This document shows, one piece after another, positions 39,043 to 50,079 of a DNA stretch of 64,000 bases. The notes under the pieces are model-generated. The model saw only the letters and a list, made by a program, of their open reading frames with translations. It was not told the origin of the DNA and ran no database searches. How positions within the stretch are numbered: the stretch's first letter is position 1; every line of letters begins with the position of its first letter. The position numbers were made by a program, and so were the translations under genes. Source of the DNA: Heterodontus francisci (taxonomy: Eukaryota); contig NC_090376.1 of assembly GCF_036365525.1 (NCBI RefSeq), positions 61,158,559-61,222,558 of the forward strand, given 5' to 3'.

Positions 39043-40597
39043 CTTCTGGCAGGGGAGAGACCATGATCAGTGGCCTTGGATCCTGTCCTGGATATTAACC
39101 AAGGCAAGAGTGAGGCCATGTTCTTTGGGAACTGGGCCGACTGATCCTTTGTCCCCTTCACCGTCAGGTCAGACTACCTGAAGGTGCTAGGGATATGGTT
39201 CCGAAGGGCAAGGGCATGCACCAAAACCTGGAAGGAGCGAGTAGCCAGGGTACAACATAACCTGAGCATGTGGGAGCAGCGATCTCTCTCCATTATGGGT
39301 AAGAATCTGGTCATCAGGTGTGAGGCGCTCACGTTGTTGCTGTATGTGGCGCAGGTCTGGCCCATACCCCACTCCTGCGCTGTGGTGGTCACCCGAGCCA
39401 TTTTCCACTTCATCTGGGGATCCAAAATGGACCGGGTCCGGAGGGACACAATGTTCAAATCTCTGGATAAGGGCAGGAAAAATGTATCCAACATCGCGCT
39501 CATCCTGATGACTACCTGCGTGTGCGGCTGCATCAAGCAGTGTGTAGACCTCCAGCATGCAAACTCCAAGTGTCACTATGGCTGAGGTTCTATCAGTCCC
39601 CGGTGTTGAGAAGGATGGGCCTGGTCACGTTGCTGCGGAACGCTCCATCCAGTTGGATCGTGCCGTACCACCTATCCTTCGTGGGAAAGTTTCTGCGGAA
39701 AAACACCTTTGACCACCAATCCATCAGGCAGTGGTCTGCACGGAATGCCCTCAAGGCCCTACGGGAATAGGAGATGGTGGATCCTGTCGGATGGTTCCCC
39801 GAGCAGACAGCCAAAGTCATTTGGTGGAATGCCTCATCACCAGAACTTTCAAACAAGCACCAAGATGTAGCTTGGCTGGTAGTGGGAAGAGCCCTCCCTG
39901 TCAGAACCTTCCTGCACACCCGAAGTCTCACCCCCTCCGCACAATGCCCTCGAGGTGGCTGTGGTTGGGAAGAGACAATTGCCCACCTCCTTCTGGAATG
40001 CGTCTTTGCAAAGCAGGTGTGGAAAGAGATGCAGTGGTTGTTGTCGAGGTTCATCCCAAGCAGCTCTGTAACACAGGAGTCTGTGCTCTACGGGCTATTC
40101 CCAGGGACGCACACCGACATAAACATCAACTGCTGCTGGAGGATTATCAATCTGGTGAAAGACACTCTTTGGTCTGCATGAAACTTGCTGGTCTTCCAGC
40201 ACAAAGAGTTGTCCACGACAAAGTGTTGCAGACTGGCACATTCCAAGGTTCAGGACTCTGTGCGGAGGGTCGCACTAAAGCTTGGGGCAGCCGCAGCAAA
40301 GGCTCAATGGGGAAAGACCGCTGTGTAAGGTCCTCCCACCAGAGTGAATTGAGGGGCTGGACCCATGGAAAACCCCTCGGGCTGTATACACCAAATATGG
40401 GTTTGCTGTAAAATGTACATGGCATGTAAAATGGAATGGAAGGCTTGTGAGGCAACTCACTCCTGTATTGAAGAAAACTGATTTCCTTTGCACTTTTTGG
40501 AATGTCTACTTGGTGCTGTTTTGAACTGCTTTGTAATGTATTTTTTTTTATTACAGATTTTTATGAATAAATTTATGAAAATATTTTTGGGGAAAAC
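39043..40597 (+). mobile_element. Tx1/L1-clade LINE, 5'-truncated
   Basis: LGIWF...WEQRSLSIMGKNLVIR and the CCHC-type CPRGGCGWEETIAHLLLEC motif; TSD-like AATTTA(T/C)TGC. Confidence 0.88.
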
Positions 40598-40926
40598 AAT
40601 TTACTGCAACGGGGATGGAGTATAAAACCAGGGAAGTCTTACTACAACTGTACAGGGCATTGGTGGGATATACTTGCATTGGAAGCAGTTCAGCGAAGGT
40701 TCACTAGGCTGATTCCTGGGATGGAGGGGTTTCTTATGAGGAATGTTTGAGCAGGTTGGACTTAGACTCACTGGAGTTTAGAAGAATGAGAGGTGATCTT
40801 ACTGACAGGATAGATGCTGAGAGGATGTTTCCCCACATGGGGGAATATAGAACTAAGGGACAGAAGTTTCAAAAGAAGGGATCTCCCACTTAAGATGGAC
40901 ACGAGGAGGAACTTATTCTCTCCGGG

Positions 40927-41880
40927 TGTCATGCAGACCCCCACCTACCAAGAATGAGGAGTATTAATTTCACCACATGAATATTAATTTTAAACTGTTA
41001 CTGGAGTGAAGGAAGAACTGGTTAAAAAAACCCACAATGGATCCTTGGCTGGAGAGACATTTTTGCATATTAACAGACAGTACTTGGAAAGGACAAAGGG
41101 GCTACTCCATACTCCAATTTAATCCACAATGGACTTTTGATTACCAGACATTGAGGGTGGAGGAGTGCGCATTCCAGGTTAACTGCTAAGATGGCCGAAT
41201 ACACAAACTGACATGGTCACACCAGCTAGTCAAATGACTAATCTGCTGGGCCACCTCAGTTTTTTTTGAATTGGAACTTGGCACAGAGTTTTGAACTGGC
41301 AGAAAGCTGTTTGCACCTGGACTGAAAAGACCTCCCATGGCTGGCTCGCCACAGCCTCTCCTGTCTGCTCATCTCATTCTCACCAGCTTTGGAATCCATT
41401 GAAGACACATGAACCCCAAGAGAGAAAAGTCTCTTACAGTGAACAAGGTTTAAGAATAATACTGGGCCCCAACGAAAAGCAAGAATTACGTACAAGCAAG
41501 AAGTCTACGGTGAGCTCGAAGCACAGTAACAAGAAACTCTTCAGATATTGCCTCAAACCTCTCCACTTCATTTTTCTTCTGCTCTTTTCTGTCTCTATTT
41601 GCATGTGCGTTTTGTGTATGCATGCTAGCTTGGGGCGCGGCGTGCATCAGTAGGCATTAACCAAATTAGAGTTGAAGTTTTGAGAAATTTCACTTTTCTT
41701 CTTTAAACCCAAGAAGTCCTGTTTGTGCTCATTTCTCTGCCTTATAATTGGAAAGCAGTGAACAAGGATTCACCAAGGAGGAGCTCAAAACACGGTGTGT
41801 TTAAAATTAAAACCTGTTACAGTAAGACCAGGTGAAGGCTGAAAGGGACCCCTAGACACATTTCTCACCTGGTCGTAACA
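40927..41880. mobile_element. Solo LTR (~954 bp)
   Basis: TGTCATG...CGTAACA termini; CCGGG/CCAGG flanks; interrupts CR1. Confidence 0.8.
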
Positions 41881-41950
41881 CCAGGCATCATTAATCTTTG
41901 GAATGCTCTTCCCCAGAAAGCAATGGAGGATGGGTTTTTGAATACATTCA

Positions 41951-42283
<333 letters not shown>

Positions 42284-42966
42284 TCATCAGCCATGATCTT
42301 ACCGAATGATGCAGCAGGCTCGAGGGGCCAAATGGCCTACTCCTACTCCTGCTTCATATGATCTTATATTCAGTCCCCACTGTGGCCTGTCCTGTCAACA
42401 GACTTCTCTACTTACAAGTTGACAATTTTCACCCAGTGCAAGTGCTATGCAACAAATCGCATTTGTAGTATGCACTAGTATTCCCAATACATCCAATCGC
42501 CTAATTCCATTTCCCCCAGACAGAAATCAGCAAGAAAAATAAAAGCAGCATTACATTTCTGCTGAAGTTTGTTCACCTTGTCCAAAGAAGAGGAAATTTG
42601 GTTTAAGACTCCCAAATGGAGTACACAGAAGACCAGAAAAAAGAAAACATTAAAACCCGGCCGGTGTTGGGAGCGGGGGAGGAAATGGCAGCGAATGGAG
42701 AGGCATTTATCTGAGTCATGGGACAAGTACACACACATACTTGAGTTGGCAGAGTTTAGTCCATTCTGCTTGGACAGGATGAAGGCTATATAGAAAGGAG
42801 ATAGAGAGGTATCATTTATTGCATTCTGCTTCAATCAAATCTTGAAATGGTTCGGCAGTGTTCCCAGCAATCATGGAGAAGTCTGTGACCTAGTTTGTAG
42901 AGAAGGTGCTGACAAACAGAAAAGGAAAAGCAAATCTGATTTTATTCCAGTCATCAAGTTTCAAAC

Positions 42967-43105
42967 CTGAAGTTTCCTGTTCTCCACCAAATTTGATTCC
43001 GCTGTGCCTATGATCGGAGTGCCTTACAATAGATCCCAGACCTGCTTCAAGCTGAGTCAGTAAATTCTGAAGTTTAGGATCAAAACTTTTACTCCATTTC
43101 TCATC
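42967..43105 (-). CDS. DYNC2H1: DYNC2H1 exon 3 (DEKWSKSFDPKLQNLLTQLEAGLG...)
   Basis: Manual translation; AG/GT borders; 139 bp; phase fits neighbours. Confidence 0.93.
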
Positions 43106-44164
43106 CTATAATTAAAATCAGAAAATATATCACAGAATATTATAGTTGCATTGTGTTAGCTCTTTGAAAGAGCTATCCAATTAAGCCCATTGCATAGCTA
43201 TTTCCCCTGCAATTTCTTTCCATTTGAAGTATATATCCAACTTAAAATTTATAAAGACCTAACAATTTTATAACTCTGACCATCATCAGTTAGTGATCAA
43301 AATGTTTAACTAGAGTAATTCAGGTTGAAGTTTTTAATGGCCCATTAACATTTTGGAACAATGAGCAGCAAGACAGAACCCAAGTAATGTCCTCATACTC
43401 ATACAAGATGGATTTTTCCTGACATCTTGCATTACGAGGGGATACCCTATAAAAAATATCCAACTTCAATGCCGAACAGCACTCATGCTCAAGTTAAAAT
43501 GGTCAGTGCAAGTTCCAATAAAAATATGCATTCATGCTTAATGATTACAATCAGCGTGATGCTGACTAATTGAAGACTATATATTTTGCAAACAAATGTT
43601 AACTGGGATTTAAAGGTTAAACAATGTGGTGCCATTTCAGTATAATGGCAATCCTATACTCTATTATATTCGCATAAATGTAACATGACAGATTACAAGA
43701 TCCAGGAAGACTAATAACTTCTGGTTAAAATTTAAACTATTGTTTACTATTTACTGAAGTTATCACAAAATATTCTTTACCTGGTAGTTCATAATAGGGT
43801 GTTAACTAGTTAATAGCATAAATAAAGAGCTAGCACTGGCAGTGGGTGCTGTTTGGGGTACAGAAATAAGCTCTGTGACAAGCAATATACAATCTCCACC
43901 AAAGCATCCTAGTCTCAGCATCTTCTTCACAAACAAGCTTGGAAGTTTCTCTAACACCCAGTATCAAAAAATTTACATACAAATACATTTCTTTTCCTAC
44001 AAATTATATACTTATGATTAAGTAATTGTGCAGTACAATTTAAGACATAGATACAAATAAAATTGGAATAGCATAGCTTGATCCATTATTTATTTTGCCT
44101 TTTGAAATTAGTCAATGGCCATCAGATCATAAAATGGCTGTTTAATAGAGATTTGAATACTCAC

Positions 44165-44335
44165 CTTCAAAAGTACTGGAGCAAATATCTGACGTATCGC
44201 TTGATAAAGAGCACTTATAGGTGAATCCAGCATAGATGACACAAGTATATTGGTGTGCAAATTATCCTCAGTAATTACATCTGGACGCATCTTAAAGAAC
44301 ACCAGTATTTTGTCCTTTTTGTCACCTGGTTCAAC
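44165..44335 (-). CDS. DYNC2H1: DYNC2H1 coding exon 2 (VEPGDKKDKILVFFKMRPDVITEDNLH...APVLLK)
   Basis: Translation matches the dynein-2 heavy chain N-terminus; tgtag acceptor, gtgagt donor; 171 bp. Confidence 0.95.
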
Positions 44336-44699
44336 CTACAATTGAAAGCAGCTACATTCCAACATCACTAAAACCCATATGTCGTAACAGTAGATTTACA
44401 ATTATGACCCTTTTTAGCTTCTTCTCAATTCCAGATATACAATATGCACAATTCAGAATGTTTTCCTTTATAGCTCTGATATTAACAAGAATTCCAGACA
44501 AGGTTTTTCTGCAATGTACTCTGAATTGTTTGGGATTTTACTTCCTTTTTCACAAACTAAATGGTGTTCCTTTTTACAATACCAGTGTTGTTGAAAACAG
44601 ATGTAAATACCACCCAAACACAACTGGATGCCTCAGATACCATTTTCTACAAAGTAGCTCTTCCCATTGAACTATCATATCGAAAATTAAAAACTGCTG

Positions 44700-45590
44700 T
44701 ACCCTTGAGAAGGGTAATTATAGATGATACACACTGCTGCCAAGGTGCCCTGGTGGTGGAGAGAGCAAATGATTAATGTGGTAAATGGGGTGTCAATCAA
44801 GAGTGTCAAGCTATTTGAGTGTTGTTAGAGCTGCACTCATCCAGGCAAGTGGAGAATATTCCATCACACTCCTGACGTGCCTTGTCGATGGTGGACAAGC
44901 CTGGGGAGTCAGGAGGTGACATACTCCCCACAGAATTCCCAGCCTCTGATCTGCTCTTGTAACCACAGTGCTGGGCGAGTTAAGTTTCTGGTCAATGGTA
45001 ACCCCCAGTATGTTGATGATGGGGAATTCAGCAATGGTAATATCATTGAATGTCAAGGGAAGATGGTTGGATTCTCTCTTGTTGGAGATGGTTATTGTCT
45101 GGCACTTGTATGGCATACTTGTGGGCGGCACAGTGGTTAGCACCGCAGCCTCACAGCTCCAGCGACCCGGGTTCAATTCTGGGTGCTGCCTGTGTGGAGT
45201 TTGCAAGTTCTCCCTGTGTCTGCGTGGGTTTCCTCCGGGTGCTCCGGTTTCCTCCCACAGCCAAAAGACTTGCAGGTTGATAGGTGAATTGGCCGTTATA
45301 AATTGTCACTAGTATAGGTAGGTGGTAGGGGAATATAGGGACAGGTGAGGATGTGGTAGGAATATGGGATTAGTGTAGGATTAGTATAAATGGGTGGTTA
45401 ATGGTCGGCACAGACTCGGTGGGCCGAAGGAACTGTTTCAGTGCTGTATCTCTAAATCTAAATCTAAATGTTATTTGCTACTGATCATCCCAAACCTGAA
45501 TGTTGTCTAGATCTTGCTGTAGGCAGACATGGACTGCTTCGTTATCTGAGGAGTTACAAATAGGACTGAACACATCATGCAACCATCAGC
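44700..45590 (-). mobile_element. CR1-clade LINE fragment interrupted by an HE1-type SINE
   Basis: INILGVTIDQKLN and VRSVMEYSPLAW motifs. Confidence 0.8.
45123..45468 (+). mobile_element. HE1-type V-SINE (tRNA-derived)
   Basis: Box A/B head; V-domain GGGTTTCCTCCGGGTGCTCCGGTTTCCTCCCACA; CR1-like tail with CTAAAT repeats. Confidence 0.92.
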
Positions 45591-46329
45591 AAAAATACCT
45601 ATTTCTGACAAGAATGTGCGAAGTTTATGCGTGAAGAAGTCAACCAAAAAAAACCACTGGTTGCGATTTTATTTATCCAAACCTGGATTCTCCCTGATGG
45701 TAATTTCAATATCAACTTGACACTATACAGAAAACAACTACTGAGATATTTCAGCCTGTTTGCAAATTTAGACATGGGTTTAACTGATTGGTAAAAAAAA
45801 AAACTAGTATTTATATTAAGGCTTTTCAAGGCCTCAGATCACAAAGCAAAGCTAACGAAGTATTTTGAAGTGTAGTCATTGTTGTAAGGAAAACATAGCA
45901 GCCAAATCTGCACAGAGCAAGGTCCCACAAACAACAATGAATAGATAATATGTTTTTTGTAATGTTGTTTGAGGGATAAATATTGGCCAGACACTCACTC
46001 AGTGTATAAAATGGGACAGAAAAGATGATGAAAGCCTAAGTGTGAGAACAAACCTTTAATTCAACAGACCAAAAAAGCATATTTTGATTCTAGAACATAT
46101 GTTCAATTGTTGTTATTTCCATTAGAATCTGAGGTAGTATTTTGAAATGTCTAGATACGTACAAAAAGGGACTACAGAACTAATATTTTTTAAACTTCAG
46201 TAAAGAACAATGAGTGGTAAAAATGATATAGCTAGATATATCATCTGCTAAAAACATTGCTATATTATTGTGTTTTGAGCATTCCCAATTTTAGTCACGC
46301 CATTGGCAGCCTTGCCTTCAGCTTCTATG

Positions 46330-46695
46330 TTTTAGTTTTTTAGTTTTAGTTTTAGAGATACAGCACTGAAACAGGCCCTTCGGCCCACCGAGTCTGTGCC
46401 GACCATCAACCACCCATTTTATACTAATGCTACACTAATCCCATATTCCTACCACATCCCCACCTGTCCTTATATTTCCCTACCACCTACCTATACTAGG
46501 GGCAATTTATAATGGCCAATTTACCTACCAACCTGCAAGTCTTTTTGGCTTGTGGGAGGAAACCGGAGCACCCGGAGAAAACCCACGCAGACACAGGGAG
46601 AACTTGCAAACTCCACACAGGCAGTACCCAGAATTGAACCCAGGTCGCTGGAGCTGTGAGGCTGCGGTGCTAACCACTGCGCCACTGTGCCGCCC
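46330..46695 (-). mobile_element. HE1-type V-SINE inserted in an L2-like 3' fragment (46270-46925)
   Basis: Reverse complement of 45123-45468; TATG flanking repeat. Confidence 0.92.
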
Positions 46696-48235
46696 TATGA
46701 CTCTAAGCTCTGGAATTCCCTCCCTATCTCTCCACTTCTCTTACACTCTTTCCTCCTTTAAGTCAGTACTTAAAGCCTACCTCTTTGACCAAGCTTTTGA
46801 TCATCTGACCTAATATCTCCTTATGTGGTTTGGTGCCCAATTCTGTTCCATAATGCTCCTGTGAAGGGCTTTGGGATGTTTTATTACATTAAAGGTGCTA
46901 TATAAATGCATGTTGTTGTTGTACTATGCTATTTTTAAAAAGTATAAATTTACCTGTGCAATGAATGCAATATCACAGTATTTCAGTGCAATACTTCAAC
47001 AATATTTGTACAAAACGAACAGCGAGGATTAACAGTATTATCACAATGTCAGCATCTGTGACAGGTTCACATCATCTCATTACTAAAATCTGCTTATTCC
47101 CGCATTTCTTCTAGCAGATTCAGAAAGTGGTTACAAGATTTGGAATAATAATACTAACAAGGGATGCTCTGTAGAATGATACTTTGAAACAGAGCCACAT
47201 CAGTTACAGAACCCATAAAGAGAAGTCTTCAGATCACTCAATCGGGAAACACGTAGGAGAGTTGGTCATCTTGAACCAGAACAGATTGAGTGGAGGTCCC
47301 GTCTATTCCAAGCCCAATTGCATAATATTATGTAACGTTCATCACAGGATTCCCCAACTGTACAATGGCTTGGAGTTTGCTAATGACGTACTATCCTCCA
47401 AGGACCTTGGAGGTGGAAGGGACTCATGTATAGCTGATGCAACTCTCATAGAAAGGTTTGCAACATTCGCATCATCTCCGAAGCCCTGCAGAGAATCCAG
47501 TGACAGGTGATAAGTCTTTTTGCCACTCAACTGAACACTTTGCACTTGCCTCATTGGGCAGTTAGTGTATTGTAGCTGCGACCAATTCCCCTCCCCAATA
47601 TGGATTCTTCATTGGGCTCTCAAATAAATTTAATTAGCTCAAGACCAAACTTCTTGCAGACCTCCTGGCTCCACAATATGCAAAGGCAACTCATCTAAAA
47701 CTCAAAAAACTAGATTCTATCCTGCACTCTGACTTGTATGCCCACAAACTTCATCCACATTAACCACCTTCTCCCAGTTCAAATCTATGTATTTGTGTCC
47801 CCCCCACTTTCTCCAACCTTACATCCTACCCCATCCTGTTACAGTGAGAAATTTTCCAACCATCTTGCTCATACTCTCAAACACCCTCCCTAAATCTCTG
47901 CCTTGCCAAAAACCTCCTCAAAAGTTATCTATTGACCGTGCCTTCAGTCATCTCCATTAACTTTTCTCTTTCTGTTCGATGTCTACATGCTACTATGTGA
48001 AGTGTCTTGGGGTGTTTCATTTCATTATTTGTTTTCAATGTTGATTATGTAAAAACTAACAGGCTCGTGCATGATATAACAGAATTCAAAGACGACAACT
48101 CCTCTGTGGAGATAATTAAGTTATGAAATTTATTAATTAAGAATACACATGCAGTAGAAATGGAAAAGATTACTACAGACATCACACAACCAATTATATG
48201 TTCAACTCAAACACAGCAGGGAATATTGTAAAGGA

Positions 48236-48401
48236 ATAAAAACAAGAAATGCTGGAAATACTCAGCAGGTCTGGCAGCATCTGTGGAAAGAGAAGCAGAG
48301 TTAACATTTCGGGTCAGTGACCCTTCTTCGGAACTCTGAGTATTTCCAGCATTTCTTGTTTTTATTTCAGATTTCCAGCATCCGCAGCATTTTGCTTTTA
48401 T
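48236..48401. mobile_element. Short Penelope-derived, hammerhead-bearing element with an internal inverted repeat
   Basis: 14-bp TSD AATATTGTAAAGGA; minus strand CCGAAGA-A-GGGTC(ACT)GACCC-GAAA; 31-bp perfect inverted repeat. Confidence 0.8.
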
Positions 48402-48699
48402 AATATTGTAAAGGACTTTTTTCACCTGTATTGGAGATATAATAAACCTTATATTGGCAGGCTGGTTCAGGTAAATATTAAGCACAGGGCTTTAAAAACA
48501 CTTGTGTTGTACGAAGAGATTGTGCAGAACGAATGAAAATTTAACACATTGTTCAGTCTCTTGGATTGGATTTGATCTTTCAAGGATGACATTTAATAGC
48601 TTAGCACAATTTTCTAAAGATGTAGTTTAGATATTCTTACAATCATCAGGTTCATGGTTTATATTAATTTTCTAAAGGCAACTTTTAATTTGGGAATTG

Positions 48700-49995
48700 A
48701 TTTTTTTTTTAAATGCAAGGCAAATGAAAACATGAGAAGCTGGCAAACAAACCTGGGGTGGCCCATGTTTATTTAGTAAGGTCATATTGGGAAGTGTAAA
48801 GTCCCTACACAATGCTGTTGGGGAGGGTTTAACTAGATCATCAGGGGGATGGGAATGTGAGAGAGAGCTCAGATTGGAGGGAAGCAAAACTGGTAACTTG
48901 TCTAGGGTGTGAGAACCAGGAGCAAGTAACCAAATACCAAGGTGCACAGAATACTGGGGGAAATAGATAGCACGAGAGTAGGGAATATTAAGATATTAGG
49001 TGGGGTCAGAGTAAAGGAGAAAGTAATAAAGTCTGAATCAGGGTTAATGAGCATGTATGTGAATGCACGGAGCGTAGTTAATAAGACTGGTGAGGTACAG
49101 GCGCAGATTGCCATGTGGAAATATGATGTTGTGGCTATAACACAGACCTGGCTCAAAGCAGGGCAGGACTGGGTGTTCAGGAAAGATAGGAAAGGGAAAA
49201 AAGGGGAAGGGGTGGCAGTATTGATTAAGGAGAGCATTGCAGTGCTGGAGAAAAAGGATGTCCCAGAGGGGTCGAGGACAGAATCAGTTTGGCGAGAGCT
49301 AAGGAACAAAAAAGGTACAGTTACGTGTTGTCTATAGGCCACCAGCTAGTGGGAAGTGCGTGGAGGAACAAATTTGCAAGGAAATTACAGAGAGGTGCAA
49401 AAATTATAGGGTAGTTATAATGGGGGACTTTAATTATCCAAACATAGACTGGGATAATAGTAGTGTAAAGGGCAGTGAGGGGCAAGAGTTCCTAGAGTGT
49501 GTTCAGGAAAATTTTCTATAACAGTATGTTGCTAATCCAATGAGAAAGGAGGCACTGCTCAACCTGGAAATCCAAGTACAGTATATCAATGGGCTCCCCA
49601 TTATCCACAGCACATGTTACTCCTTCAAAGAACTCCAATAAATTGGTTAAACATGATTTCCCTTTCACAAAACCATGCAGACTATTCCCGATTACCTCAG
49701 GTTTTCCTAAGTGCCCAGCTATAGCCTCCTTAATGATTGAATCTAACACCTTCCCCAGAACAGACGTGAAGCTAACTGGCCTATAGTTACCCATTTTCTG
49801 CCTTCCACCACCCCGCCCCAGCCCCTTCTTGAATAGAGGGTTATATTTGCTACTTTGCAGTCTGATGCGACCTTCCCAGAATATAGCGAATTTTGAAAAA
49901 TTAACACCAACGCATTTACTACCGTATTAGCCACCTCTTTAGACACCCTAGGATGAAGCCCGTCAGAGCCCAGGGACGTGTCAGCCCACAGCTGA
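48700..49995. mobile_element. CR1 fragments: endonuclease part on +, then RT part on - (49560-49995)
   Basis: YVNARSVVNK on +; HGFVKGKSCLTNLLEFFE on -. Confidence 0.85.
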
Positions 49996-50079
49996 CAGCG
50001 TGAGGGAGGGGGGAGGGAGGGGAGGTGGGGGGGAATGGGGGGGAAAAGAGTGGGAGAGGGGACCACGTGAGGAAACTAA

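Noticed and set aside
45123-45200. tRNA gene
   Set aside because: The box A/B region is the head of a SINE and runs straight into the V-domain and LINE-like tail.
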